A stretch of 61,023 nucleotides of DNA, filler included, from Rhabdomonas costata (lineage: Eukaryota): NCBI GenBank assembly GCA_019059605.1. It is 14 parts of 14 records of this genome, joined end to end, with 100 filler letters (N's around TTAATTAATTAA, not from the genome) between each part and the next. Parts side by side here need not be neighbours in the genome. Positions count along the whole stretch, not along the records: positions 8,727 to 12,995 come from JAHMHO010000292.1; positions 13,096 to 17,355 come from JAHMHO010000293.1; positions 17,456 to 21,720 come from JAHMHO010000294.1; positions 21,821 to 26,080 come from JAHMHO010000295.1; 10 more parts are not named here. One strand, written 5' to 3'. The notes below the pieces were generated by a model, which worked only from the letters and a program-made list of their open reading frames with translations, was not told where the DNA came from and searched no databases. The position numbers and the translations under genes were made by a program. The number at the start of each line of letters is the position of its first letter. The first letter of the stretch is position 1. Positions 12,481-26,080 of the stretch are shown one piece after another.

Positions 12481-15400
12481 AATTCGAGTCCCGAATCCTG
12501 AACTCTAACCCCTGGTGATGGTTACTTCGGTCGCCCTCTACGACAGATGGCGCGCCAAAGGGCCCATCCCTGGTACCAACCGCTCAAAACCACCCACGGA
12601 AACCAAAAGCGATACTGCACTCATTGCGGGGGTACTCTGTGTGGAGACATGATAAAGAAGCGATTGTTTTGGAGAAAAACGGAAACATGGGAGAAACGGA
12701 AGGGAAGGACATGATGCCACCATGTATGCCCGGAAAGCGCATGGCACCCTCAATCCTATCACCGGCATGCTTCTATTGCTGATGCCGTTCACTTCCAAAA
12801 CCCGCATGCCGTCGTTTCTCAAAAATGCCTTCGTGAGAATACTACTGTCGATCACGTTGATTGCGTCCGGGCTTCGCTAGATAGCCGTATGAGGGAGGAG
12901 TCCCTCCGCTCCCTTTCAGGTTCCTACGGCATCTTCGTCACACTCGGTCGCGTTGCTCCCTCCTGTCCCTCCTGTTTTTAGGTGGACCCAACAAANNNNN
13001 NNNNNNNNNNNNNNNNNNNNNNNNNNNNNNNNNNNNNNNTTAATTAATTAANNNNNNNNNNNNNNNNNNNNNNNNNNNNNNNNNNNNNNNNNNNNTTTGT
13101 TTGGTAGGTAGGTAGGTGGGTGAGTAGTGGGCGGGTCAAATCCTCCCACCCTTTTCCCACCTTATTGACGTCCTGATATGGGACGTGGGAAACGTGATAG
13201 CGTTGATCTCCCATCTTCCACTGTGCCTTTGTGTGCATTTTTCGCAATTATTTACGCCGTGGTGTATTTCTCTCTGGGGGTCCAACCCCCGAGGGGCTGT
13301 CTCCGCCAAAAGCGTTAACAAAAAGTACACCATCTGTGTGTTTCGCTGGTGTTGGTTTCGATTTGCCGACCATATAAACTTTCAGCTTCGATGCTGCTCT
13401 TCTGGTTTTGTTGTGCTTTGGTGCTTTGGGGAGCCGGATAGATCCATGGGAAGCTTTTGCCGAGATATTTGGGGGCTTTCAGCGATCCCCTTTTTTCCTT
13501 GTTGTGGGTTCAAAGTCGGCACAAATGTATAGAGATGCCATAGGTTAGGTGTGTCGGGAAGCCTGAGATTTTCCGGGTCGCGTCGTGGAGGCGGAGGCGA
13601 GAGGAATCCATTCAGACACCCAATGAGGCTCACAGGGCATCATCGGCGCAACCGTAAATGTTATTTGGTACCCCGCGCTGTATTTTGGTGGGTCTTGCTG
13701 GCCCTAAAACCCGATTTACTATGGATTATTATTGGATTATTATTATCGAGGCCCATTCGCAGACCTGTATTTCCGACGTTTGCGCGAATTAACCCCCCCC
13801 TAGTCTTTCATTCAAACCCACGCTTGCAAGCGCGTTTGCGGCACCCAAACCCAAGGAAACTTGTTGACACCCGGCGCCTCCTGCTCTCATGACCTTATGG
13901 GCTTCGACAAAACCGGTTCCACGGCGAAGCAAAGGCCGCCCATTCCGAGCTTCCTCCAAACTCCGCCTCCGCGCGGCATATTTCAGCTGGTAAAGGCGTC
14001 TGCCTAGCACTTTTGAATCGGAAAACAACCAATGACCAAGCAGGTTTGGGAGAAGGTTCTTCCAGTGGTCTAGGTTGTGAAAAACCGGCTTGGTAACCGG
14101 CGGAAGCGCGCAAAGAATTACTGAAGGATTCGGAACTGCTTGATCTAGTCCTCAACATGACATGCGGATAAAGGGCGCCGAAATGCCACTAAGCCCCGCT
14201 TCTATCCCGGAGGCCGCCGCGTAGAACAATGCAAGAAGGAAAAAGGTACGCAACAAGACAGTCGCGGACAATGCGACCTAAGTGTGTAATGCCAAGTTCT
14301 TTTTTTTTGGATTCCTGACAACCGGGGTGTGGTGGTAACGGCGCGGTGATTTCAAATCTATTTTGATCCCAAGCTGTGCTGATGATTGATTCCGTTTTCT
14401 GTGGTACTGTGTGTCACACTTTTGTTGTGTTTGATTTCGTTTTTTTAAAATTAAATAAAGAGAATGGAACCAATGGACAAAAGACCCAGTAGAATTGGCT
14501 TTTCTTTTCTTTTTGAGTGTCGTTCATCAAAAACCTAAGCCTAATTACACCCCGGTACTTAAAAATTAGTCCCTTGAAAAAATTTCCAACAGAAGTCTTC
14601 TTGCAGTGTTATTATGCTGCTGGTCCGCAAATGGTGCGCAATGCGCCTTTTTTGCATGGATTACCCAATATCTCAGTTTTCAATGTAGCCTTCTATGCAA
14701 ACGTGCGTTACGAAATGCGTTTTGTAAACTTTCTTCGGGGTGCATCACGAAAAGGTCCAGCGTGAACCACTCGTCTAATTTGCATCATATTTTTTTGTCT
14801 TCGCGAGACAGCATTTTGACTTACACGCTTGGAGTATCGCAGCAAAAATACGGCCATTTTTGGACCGATTTAAAATGGGAAAAAATGGACAAAAATTAGA
14901 TTTATCGCATACAAAACCTCACCCGTTCCTGTTTCCACTCTGGAACGATGGGATCTCTGGAAGAGTTTCGAAATAGTCAACTTCCACTAGCAATGACCCC
15001 AATGCCTACGGTGCGTTACTGTGCGTTTGTCTTGTTTTCCTCAAGCTTGGCCATGCTAGCATGCCCCAGTGATACAGCAAAACTCCCAGGTGTAAGTAGA
15101 ACAAAAACACTAATTTCGAGACCAACAAAGGAGTATAAATTTTAGTGTACAAAAAATAAACGCCCAAAAAATTCCGGACAGCCTGTGCCTGTATGAGTAT
15201 GATACTTGCATTGCGCATACCAAGACCATCAATCACACACACCGAAGCCGCCCCGCACTGCTCCTACACTGAACCAACATCAGATACCATTATTCAGTAA
15301 AGCCCAACCAGCTATGTCCTTTTCTTCCTCAAACCCATCGCCAAAAATGAGCCTGCTACCACTCAAACACCAGCAGTGTCAGCTGAAAAATACCCAGTCA

Positions 15401-15829
15401 TCCAATTCACTAATGCGGGTGGTTGCTGCGTTCGAAATTTTAGCTGCAGCCAAAGCCAATAACTCCGCCGCACCAGAACTCGTAAACTTTGCCGTGTGAC
15501 CGCTTCAATGGAGGAAGACAAATTCTGAATCACAGCAGCGTTGACACCGACCATAAACACCTAAATAATCATCGCAGTTACCTTGGCCCAGAGGACTTCA
15601 GCCGAGATTAGCAAGACGCTTTCACACGCTGCGGGCCAATGCACCACATGCCACCACGTGCCATGGTGGAGGACTCATCTCAGCGTGTGCTCCTAAAAGT
15701 CACACTAAAATTGCCTTTGCACAAATGACCACGACAAGTCCTGACCGCGAATATTGCGGCAACAATATCCAAGTAGAAACCAAATAGCGGGGCATAGCTT
15801 GACAACAAAGGAATGCTCCGTAACTCATC

Positions 15830-16960
15830 AGCCGCTCATGTGGTTGCGCAGGCGCTGCGTGCCTCTTAGTCCACACAGACTTCGTGCAACCTCGATATAT
15901 CACTAGCTCATGGACACACCTGACTGTAGTTCGACAGTCAGCAGACGTCACTGGCCCCTGCAAACAGCGCGACCGCGGCCACGTCGCAACAATGGTTACT
16001 CGTGAAAAGCAAAGCATATCACTCACCAACAATATCAACACTCAGTCATCTGCAGACATCTCAACCACTCTATCCAGTCAAGACTCTGCAACAATTTGTT
16101 ACTAAACTGCATGTGGGACAGGTGCCTTCTAAATCTGAAGAGGTCCTCTCTGCGGAGAAACCCAGATGGATACGGCGACCTAGACAAGCAGATCAAGCAG
16201 GCACAGCAAGACTTAGTGTTCCTACCAGAAGACCGGGGCCCGCATCTTATTCACTCATGTTGCAAGAGGTTGTGCGCAAAACAGCTGATGGCAATGCTGA
16301 AGGATAAGGACGTCTACGAAGAGGAAAGTAAGACCTGGGACGAGCAACGCAAAGAGATCATTCGTGCCCACACAACACAGGTACGATACCGAGTCTCACT
16401 CTTCCGCTACTTATGCATCACCCCACATTCTGTCATATGCCCATATCCAATCAGCACTTATGAGTAACTTCAATTCTATCACCAATCACAAAGAGCTTGT
16501 ATGATAAATCGCTTGATACTGTGCAACATTAGCTTCCAATTGAACATAATCGACTAGTTGGTGGTAATTTACACTTGGAAGCCTTTAATGTCAGCTCCAT
16601 TCAATTGCACAGCCACTGGGACTACTGCGTAGACCTATAGCCATTAATCTTACTGTGCGTCTTGGGAGTCCATGGTTTGTAAATTCGGTGATTACCACAC
16701 TAAGGAATCTGAAGGCTGACGTGAAGTGTAGCGCTCCATGATGACTGTGACAGCTGCTATGAATCCAGCAATTATCATGGCTATGCTGTGGCGCCACTGG
16801 GATGCCTCATCTGAGTTACTGGCAGTAATCAGTCGAACTGTACCTCCAGCAGTGCGGATTATGTTGTAGGTGTCTCCTGGAAGACAATGAGTTGTGTTGC
16901 ATTACGTGGCGTCAAGAGCTGTCCGCTTCAAGGATATTGCGGTTCATTTCCAGCGCAGCA
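15830..16960 (+). mobile_element. Degenerate Penelope-like element (PLE) reverse-transcriptase relic
   Basis: ORF 16096-16467 contains DLVFLPEDRG..HSCCKRLCAKQLMAML.DKDVYEE, resembling the PLE RT N-terminal block (xxxPADK..xxCKxxY..L....Y). Upstream are CxC (SCGC, ~15838) and GHV (~15977) motifs. The downstream frame is interrupted by stops. Confidence 0.45.
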
Positions 16961-17768
16961 CACACACACAAACCACGTCAGTATGCTAAACGTTACAATA
17001 GTGCACATTCGAGGGCGTCCGCACCACACAGACGTGACATCCGCAGCGTTTACCAAGATTCTACGCGGGCTGATGAAAACCAGCAAAACCGGAATCCTGA
17101 CTAATAGTAAGTCATAGCCACCGAAAGGTACATGTACTTACGCTCCCACCATTCCCAGCAACCCTTCGCTCACTATTGATCCGGATCGTAAAGAGGGTCC
17201 GGCAACAAGCCCTCTCGATCGCTTGACCTGGTGCTGTTCAGAGAGACAAACGACTACAATTACAACCTGTGTTTGAAAATAGCGCCGCGATGACCCCATG
17301 AGGTGAATCTGGGCCTTTCCTTCTCGTCCATCGGTCCATTATTGTAAAAACAACANNNNNNNNNNNNNNNNNNNNNNNNNNNNNNNNNNNNNNNNNNNNT
17401 TAATTAATTAANNNNNNNNNNNNNNNNNNNNNNNNNNNNNNNNNNNNNNNNNNNNGTGGTGGGGGGGGATGGAGGGCACAAAACGCTCCGCTTAGGAGGT
17501 AGGAAGCGCAAGTGAAAGCGTCCGTGGCAGATCCCTCTTACATCATCCCCGTCCTTGTCGAAAGTGATGATGGATTATCAACTCAGAATTGCAGGTGATA
17601 CATGGTGTGCTGTGCAACAGAGTCAGCGGCAGTCCTCTCCCCCTTTCTGCGGACTCGAGGTCAACCCCCCTCCCCGTGGAAGAGGCAGGGAGTGGCCCTG
17701 GGCCTCCGGCCCAGCACGAATGTCCGCGAAGAGGAAGAGTGGAAGTGTATGGGGCAGACTGGCTCGGC

Positions 17769-18271
17769 TCACACCAGGCCGCGCTCCACTCTCCGCTGGT
17801 GCTTCTCCGCTCTTCTGCGGGCCTTGGCCTCCGCCGCGGCCTTCCGCTGCTCTGGTTGGTGGCAGAGACCTGACAGACACAGAAAAACTAACTACCACAC
17901 ACACCAAATTACAAACACAAAATATGCGCGAACCTTTTTGACGGACGGTAAAGAAAAGACAAGTAAACAGAAAGAAAGAAACGCACTCATCAAACACGGG
18001 CGGTGGGCGGCATGGTTATGAGGCTGCACTGATATCTTCATACCTTAAAGAGGGCATCCATGACGGCATCCTCACGAACCTCCTGAATCATGGTGATGTG
18101 AGCAAACCCATCAAACAAAACGAAATATAAGGGCGCAGCATTTGGACGGGAGACAAGGAGGAACCTCTTCGCCCCAGAAACCCGCCGCTTGGCTCGCTCT
18201 GCGTTCCGCGCAGCTCGCTCCCTCCGGCGCTCCGGCTTAGCCTTGTCTTCGTCATCGCTGGAGCTATCCAC
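17769..18271 (-). CDS. Charged coiled-coil C-terminal exons (VDSSSDDEDKAKPERRRE..EVREDAVMDALFK..QRKAAAEAKARRRAEKHQRRVERGLV*), probably the 3' end of the ankyrin gene
   Basis: Phase-0 GT-AG exons 18271-18182 and 18082-18044 with GC-rich codons. The acceptor of the last exon (~17850) is uncertain; stop at 17769-17771. Confidence 0.5.
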
Positions 18272-19111
18272 CTGTACCACAGATACACACACACAATGAA
18301 AAGAGAAACGCAAGCACTCCGCGGACACCCATTTCCTCACGGGTGCACAACGTGTACCCCACACCCCGCCCAGAGTGGTACAGACGTAAACAGCGGCAGC
18401 GCAACCGCTGTTCGGTGCTTGGTTTCCCACATGCATATGCTAAGATATGGCCCACTTCACCTCAAACAGTGGTGAAAGTAGACGGTTAAAAATCTGCTTC
18501 TAAAATAAGCGCGACCGCCATGCACGAAAACCCAGTCTTTTTCACCACCCGAATTACCTCCTAAGTCCGAATACGCCTGATTTAGTGCACACTTCTGTAA
18601 GTTGTGACTTTTTGAGGTGACGCGGACAATATCAGGAAGAAATGCCCAGATGTCGTTCATGCCACATCGTGAAGCTCAAGCTGATGGTGGGCTTGCTCAG
18701 CGGCAGTGTCATGCGTTTCAGAGATCTCCTTCCTCAGTGCATATTATCGTGCAAAAAAAGTTCCTCTTCGTTGAAAAAACATCACATCACCGAAGGGATA
18801 CGGAGAGCCCCAATGACTGTGGAATCACAATTTGCTGCGCAAAAGGAAAGGGAAACCCCAAAAAGGGCGAACAGCGGTGGAACGCCAAAGCGGAGGCATT
18901 TCTCGCAACGCGAAAAACCAATTCACAACAGAGAGGGGAATGGGAGGGTCTAAGAGGCTAACGATTTCTGTTTGGAGCACTCAAAGCACCGGCCCCTAAT
19001 CGCAGCGAGGGTCCAAACAGCTAACCTCGTTCCTCTTCCCGCAACAAACACGAAACCACTGCCCATGCCTTTTACACAGGGGCCCCTGGAAGCTCTTTTC
19101 ACACAAGCAAC

Positions 19112-21350
19112 CTTCGCGGCGGGGCTGGCACCATTCTTCAGCAAGGCTGTGGTGAACTCGGGCATGTCGCGCTTCGCGGCCTCGTGCAGTAGCGTCGTGC
19201 CTGTGGCGGGGTCAAGGATGTGGTTGGGGTCCATAGCCTTGCAGGCGAAGGTGGGCTCGGCCAGCAGCGCACAGGCGCGGTCGCTGTGGGCAGCCAAGGC
19301 CATGGCCAAGGGCACCAGCCCGGAAGCATCCTAAATAAGAAAACGCGGGGAAGATAAGCGCTGGCCACCAGAGATGACAGGCCACAAGGTAAAGATGAAG
19401 ATATACCCCAACCCAATTAGATCATCTATAAACGGACCCACTACGTAAGACACAGAGTTTGGCATCTGGCTTAAGGGGGAAACTTGAGTAAATGGCAAAT
19501 GCTGGGGACCATTGCACTATGCGTTCGGCTTGCTTTCATCTGCAGGCGGGTGGCATTGGCGCCAGGTGAAGCAGTCAGGAGGTAATCATAAAAATATATC
19601 CCTCAAAAGGAACCCGCATCTGGGAGCCTTGAGCACAAAACAATAACACTCACATGGCTTTTCAAGGCGTTGCCCCTTTCCCCTCTCATTCTCATTTAGC
19701 ACGGGACGTTGTTAGGCAGTGGACCACTGGTTTCGGGGCGACTTCTTTGGAGCTTCCTCGGGATCACGCAAGCACCCGCAACCCCATGTCCCCTAGGAAG
19801 GCAGAAGGAATAACGCTGTAACACTTCAGAAATGCTTTGTGGCGACACACTCAATCACTAAGTCCCTGAGTCAACGAAGAAAACACTCGATCACACCCAC
19901 ACCACGCCCTCTCCAGCGTTGATGTTCACCTTGTCCCGAAGCCCAGTGTGGGGCGGAAAGATGGGTCCCCTCCTGTAGCCAGGAGCACTTTATAGCTGCC
20001 AAAACCGCAGCACACTTTTCCGTGCCTTGTCATTCTTGCGTACTGCAATGTGCTGCGGTGAATGAACACGGGGTTGACTTTGAGGGCTGCGACTTCATTG
20101 GAATGCTGCAAAATACCTCCTTGTATGGTGCTCCGTTCTTCAAGCTTGCGTCTGCAAGGTCTCAGTCTCACAGGTGAACTCGCAACGGACCTTGTGGTGT
20201 AGCGGGGCCTTGGCCTCGATCAAGCCCTGCATCACAGACAGGGGCGCTCCCTTCTCGATGGCGCAGTGCAACTCCGTTGTGAGCTCCAGCCCGGGCACGG
20301 GCAGCAGCGCCACCACCGCCTGCCACTGCCCGGCCTGTGCACACGCCAGGGCCACCTGGCGCTGCACACAGCCCTACGAGGAAGGAGACAAAAACGGGCA
20401 GCTTTTCCGTTTTTCTCTGAAGGTTTTTCTCCAACAAAACATGACATGCACACACAAACGAATACACGCAAGCACCTCCAGGCTGGCACCGGCGTCGCGG
20501 AGGGCAGTGATGACATCCACCTGCATAACCTTCGCGGCGTAGTGCAGCGCGGTGCACCCGCTAGCATCCTAGAAAAACACCAAAGGGATAATTGCACAGA
20601 CCGCACCAGAGACTGCAAAGTAGTCAGCCGCACAAAAGTAGCGAGGAGTGGTGGTTTGGTCATCAACCCGACGAAGGGTTGGCTTGAGAGAGGGCGGGTT
20701 GAGGGGCCTGCTGGTTGCCACATGGCAAAACACCAGCTGGATAGGGACAGACCTGGAGGTTGGGGTTAGCCTTCGCTAGGAGAAGAGCATCCCGGGTACC
20801 ATCTTCCCCATACTGCACGGCGTACAGCAGCGCGGTCTTGCCCGCGGAGTTCTGCAGTTAATAGAGAATCGAAAAGAGGTAAGCAGAATCACTGCACATG
20901 ATTTCGACAAGGTCGCTGATGGGAAAAAAGTTACCACGCACTCGGACAATATGGCTGTGTGCACACTATAGAGGACAAAACACTAGGCAAGTGCTACATT
21001 TGTCCCAAAGGCAAAAGTCAATACACGGACTGTCCTGGGTGCGTTTTGCCTCAGATGGGCAGAAGGCCTGGTGACACATATCCGAGGAAAAAAGTAAAAA
21101 TAATGAAGGGAAAATTTGAAATCCTCAACATGCCCAGAACATCCCCCCCCCCGCCCCTTGCGCGAACCAGCAAATCCAGGGGGGCCTTGGCCTCGATCAA
21201 GCCCTGCACCACAGACAGGGGCGCTCCCTTCTCGATGGCGCAGTGCAACTCCATTGTGAGCTCCAGCCCGGGCACGGGCAGCAGCGCCACCGTCGCCTGC
21301 CACTGCCCGGCCTGTGCACACGCCAGGGCCACCTGGCGCTGCACACAGCC
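19112..21350 (-). CDS. Ankyrin-repeat protein (internal exons)
   Basis: Phase-0 GT-AG exons 21350-21168, 20851-20753 (NSAGKTALLYAVQYG..ALLLAKANPNLQ, exactly 33 aa), 20568-20476 (DASGCTALHYAA..ALRDAGAS), 20373-20191 and 19330-19112 (GTTLLHEAAKRD..ALLKNGASP). Confidence 0.88.
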
Positions 21351-21507
21351 CTACAGAGAATGGCGCACGCGGAGGGTCGGCATATCTCACATGAATATCC
21401 CCACTATCATCTTGACCAGCAAACGCACTGCCCTCGCACTCTGAACCACACTGAATCCCACACCAACAGGAACCCATCCTTTTCAAGCCTGGCGGACCTT
21501 CTTTCCT

Positions 21508-21630
21508 TTTTGGATGAGAAATGTGCAAATGAGTGGTGACGCAGGAGGTCGGATCCCGCTAGAGTCGGATCCTTGATGATGATACTCTCTCAATTAAGGC
21601 CTAGAGGATCCCCCAATCGGCTCGTAGGGC
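21508..21630 (+). repeat. Copy 1 (most diverged) of a ~125-bp dispersed, microsatellite-associated repeat
   Basis: Aligns with 50444-50569 and with the reverse complement of 53211-53335 (aatgtg..aaatgagtggtg..gcagga..cccgctagag.cggatccttgatg.tga..ctctc..gaggatcccc..cggctcgtag). A (CT)n tract follows at 21651-21675. Confidence 0.85.
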
Positions 21631-21989
21631 CCCAATTGAGCTGGGAGAAGCTCTCTCTCTCTCTCTCTCTCTCTCGCCATGTCACCGTGCCTTGCCCTGC
21701 TCTGCATTCCAACCAAAACCNNNNNNNNNNNNNNNNNNNNNNNNNNNNNNNNNNNNNNNNNNNNTTAATTAATTAANNNNNNNNNNNNNNNNNNNNNNNN
21801 NNNNNNNNNNNNNNNNNNNNGGGGTGTGGGGTGTGTAAAATCGTTAGTGAGGGCGATGCGCTTGTTTAATTTTGATGTCTTGGCTTCGGACGGGTTTGGG
21901 GTCCGGTCTTCCTTACTTTCACTTTGTCAACGATGTGCTGGGTCTAAGAAGAGGATATCTCTCTCTGTGCCAAAATTGTGGTTTCCCAG

Positions 21990-24900
21990 GTTCGAGTTAT
22001 TCGCAAGAAGGTGACGGTGGAGGAGGTGGTGGAGAGGGTGGTCGAGGTGCCCTACGAGCACGTCGTGACGAAGGTTGTGGAGATTCCGCGGGAGGTCACC
22101 GTCGAGAAAATCGTGCCCCGCCGAGTGGAGGTTGCGGTCGAAGAGGTCGTGGAAAGGCTCAAGGTTTGTGTTTTTGCAAATGCTTATCGTTATTTTTTTA
22201 ATGCTAGTTTGTAACGGTGGGAAGAGTATTGTGGACATGACCAGGACACCCCATTGGGACAGAGGTCCCCACTTACAAGATTCTGACAGCTGCAGAGAGG
22301 TGGTCATAAATAATCAGAGAATTCAGTTTCGCTCAGGAACGGCTGTTTTTTTTAACGCCTGAAAAATGAAGCTTAGGGCAATGCAAAACAACAGCCTCGA
22401 TAGGAAAACCAGGTTTCAAGACAAGATAAAGCTAGACACTGCACGCAATGACGATTTATTACCCGCAGTTTTAAAAGCAAAAGATGGCGCTGCTCCAGCT
22501 TCCACTGAGTAGCAGCTGAATAGAGGGGGCGTTGCTCCCCCAAAACTGGACGACTGGAGGGCCTTGTTGCAAACTCTTTCAGGAGATCATTGTGCATATG
22601 CCCTACGACGGCCCTTTTGACGATGACCTTGAAAAGCCCGAGCCTCCCACTGGTCCGGCCAGCAGACCTTCTGGCCGACGGGCTCCCAAGTCCAAGCCGG
22701 CGAAATTTCCTCCGACCCGCAGTGCCCCCAAGGCCGTGCCGCCTCCGGTCAAGCCCAACCCCAAGGTGAAGCTGTGGGGGCAGCCCTGCGCTCCCCAACA
22801 CCACGAAGTGAGCCAAGTCGTAGAGACCGTGCATGGGGTTCCCGTGCCCGCGGTCCGGGAGGTCAGCGAGGAGGTCGCGGTGCCCCTGGAGAAGGTGGAG
22901 GTGACCAAGGTGCCGGCGAAGGAGACCCATGAGGTGGTACAGTTGGAGTCCAAGCCGCTTGTGGTGGAGAGGATGGTGGAGAAGCTCGTCCTCAGTATGC
23001 GCGGCTGTCCCCTATGCTCATCACTCGCCCCTTTGGGATTGGTCTCTTGAGTTGGGAGTAGGTATTTGTTTGCGAGGGAGGTAACGTTCAGGGTAACAGT
23101 TATTCCTGGCGGGTTATCCTCCATATGCCAAAGCCCAAGGCTGCTTCCCCGCTTCAGCAAGCCAATTCGGCCACATCTCGGCCCTTTCTCTACTGCAATC
23201 GATTCTCCCTTTCTCATGCCGGAAACCAAAAAACCAGAGCAAGGCGTTTTTCAGCTTGTAAAATTGGTGATCCGTTAGACAGGCACCTTATCTGGCAGCT
23301 TGAGGCCTTGACCTTCGGCCCCCCCCCCTCTCTCATATGGTCGCGTCCGACCTCCCCAGTTGTGCAGTCTAACTCCATTGCGTATGATCTTGTGCTGCAC
23401 ACCAGAGCGGGAAGAGGTCCCCTACAAGAAGATAGAGAAGGCCGTGATCCATCGCAAGACACGGGTCGAGCCTATCACCGTGAAGCAGGTGACCACGATA
23501 TTTCGCCCCGTGGTATGTCTGTTGGGAGGACGGGCTTATTTCTTCGCTGGTCGTCTGCAGTTCTTTGGCATCTGGCACCTCCAGGGCGGTGTGATTTCCT
23601 AGAGCCGGGTGGCATCTGAACGCAAATCTCATGGTGCAGGAATCGTACCCCCCCCCCCTCCATCGGGCCGCACATAAAGCAGGTCACATCACAAAAGTTG
23701 CAACTAATGGTTTGACAGGAAAAGAGGCTATCCCATTCGAAGCCAGCGCGTGAAAAAACTTCGTATTGGAATTCTTTGCACGCTATTCTCTTGCTTTTGG
23801 GTCTGTGTGGCAGATGTAGCAGATGATGGTGAGCCAGGAAACGAAAGATTTTCCATTTCTTACTAAATGGACAACTTGCCCGCGAATCAGGGCCCAAGCG
23901 GATCTGGCGTATTCTGAACTAACCCCCGCAGGCCCTAAAGCGGTGCATGACCATACTGTCAACCTTTGCCAGTATGTTTTCCCCTTGAAGGCTGTAATTA
24001 TCTTTTTGCTTCTCGCTTTTTTTTCCCACTCGGCGGAGCATTGTTGGATGGCCACCTGTTATGCGTGTACGCCTGCTCCATACAGGTTTTTCATCCTTTC
24101 GTGAACAGAAAACTGCGGAGTCAGTAGAACTGATCAACGAGGTGGTGGAGGTTGTGCCAAAGCCCGTTCCCGTGGAAGTTGTGGTGGAGAAATGTGTGGC
24201 TGTCCCTGAGGTGGTGTTCATTGACCGCGAGGTGGTGTTGCACCGCACCGTGCACGTCCCGAAGGAGTGTCCGCTGCCGGTGAAGTACACTGTGCAGAGG
24301 GTGCGCGCCAGGCTGGTATGAAACCGCCGACCCACAGCTGCAGGCGGGTGCATATGATGTACACGTCTTTCTCAGATAAGACATCGCACTTGATCTGTAA
24401 GCTTAGGCTGTCCTCAGCGTTTCGCTTGTGTTCGACGGTTCAGCTATTATAGGTCCCACCCAGCTTCATTAACCGTAACCTTAACCGGACAGTCTGTATT
24501 TTGGCAATCTTTCCATTGTCATCTCATGGGTCAACGTCAGTGCACTGCGAGCACAAAGACTAGCGCGCCCAGGCGTCATGCAGATGCCGCGGAGATTGCC
24601 AGTTGTTGCGTGGCATGTTTGTTACCCTCCAGATCTCTCTCGCATCCTATTATACTGTAGGGGGTGCCTGGGGAGGACGAGGCTGTCAATGTGGAGCTCG
24701 GCAGCCTGGGGCGTGTACTTGCGGAGTCTTTTGGCACAGAACAGGACCGCCAGCAGGCCCAGGAGGCCCACTGCGCTGCCATAAGCACCCGAGCCGCGGC
24801 TCGGAGGCAGCAGAAGGAGACCGCCAGGCCCGTGCAGGAGCTTGTCAGTACCGTGGAGGAGATCGTGCAGGTTTTGCGAACAGGCGTCTGTTGTCGCCTT

Positions 24901-26080
24901 AGGGGTTTTAAAGGACACAGTTCTGCGGGTTTGGGCTCCCATCTTGCGGTTCCCAACCGATCTAAGACCCCCAAAGGAGAAAACCTCAACGGCAGTGCCC
25001 ATTAAGCGTAACGGCTGGGCAAGAAATCGAGCACAACACAACACAGCGCGTTTCAGCCGGAGGAAAAGAATTTTCCATGGTAGTGGTGACCCGAATTGTC
25101 ACGAATTTCCACTCGCTTGTGCCGCGTTTGTTCCAACTTGCTGTTTTCCTGAAGTGTCACCGAATGAACTGATGACGATAAAGTTGGGTGGGGTGCTGCT
25201 GCTGCTGCATCGCCAAGCTCCGGAAGCAAACTGTGTGCTTTCCGGCTGTGTCTGGGCGTTGGTTTCCATGTGGATTGCATTTCAGTGTTAGACGCCTTTC
25301 ATTTGCAAGTTTGTCGCTGTTTCCCAGGTTTACGTGAACAAGGAGGTGCCGACGGTGACGGTCAAGGAGGTGGAGGAGCTTGAGGTGGTTCCGGTGGTCA
25401 GGGAGGTCAAGGTGACACGGATGGTGCCCATCGAAAAGGTGATCGAGGTGCACAAGGTGATCACCAGGTTTGTGCATTTGGACTCGTTGCTTCGGCTCCT
25501 CCTCTCCCCCTCTCTTGATGTGTGTGGGTCCTGGGCCCTTTTGCGCGGGCTGAAGGAGCAGCTCTCTCCACGTCTCTCCCTTACTTCACCGGACGCGTTC
25601 GTGTTAAGTCTTGGGCTCTTTCGGGTTGCGTTGATATGTTCTCAAATAATAGGGTTGGACGTCAGCCCCCACGTGGAGAAGGCGTGGTGTGCGCACATTG
25701 TAAACCACACATTGTAAATCCCTGTGGTGAGGGAACTCAACGCCTGGCCAGTTCATTGCTTGGGGGTCTGTGCTTCCCAGCGATGGTTGGCCCAAACCAA
25801 TTGAACCCGATTGCTGGCGGGCCCAAAATATTTTCCTGTTCTCAACGCCCGTTTTTGAAAACGGTGGTTCCGCTGTCGCTGTGGTGACATTCCTGTTCGC
25901 CTGCTCTCCAGGGAGAAGGTGATTATCAAGGAAGTTGACGAGATCGTTCAGGTCCCCAAGGTGCGGTACGTCGACAAAATCGTGGAACGCCGCGTGCCCG
26001 TGAATATCAACGCGGGCTCCTACCGCCGAACTGCCTCCCCGGCCCGCCGCACCTCCAACAAGGCCGCCCTCCCTAGCCGG
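21990..26080 (+). CDS. Articulin/epiplasmin-like VPV-repeat membrane-skeleton (pellicle) protein, partial
   Basis: GT-AG exons 21990-22163, 22583-22994, 23406-23512, 24109-24300, 24661-24870, 25328-25467 and 25912-end splice in frame. They encode V/E/P/K-rich repeats (VERVVEVPYE, EVVPKPVPVEVVVEK, EIVQVPKVRYVDKIVERRVPV). Confidence 0.82.

Noticed and set aside
17069-17130. CTGATGA...GAAA as a hammerhead ribozyme near the PLE relic (also 35503 and 51634)
   Set aside because: The required stems I-III cannot be formed.
24468-24490. Telomere-like TAACC repeats
   Set aside because: Only three imperfect units inside an intron.
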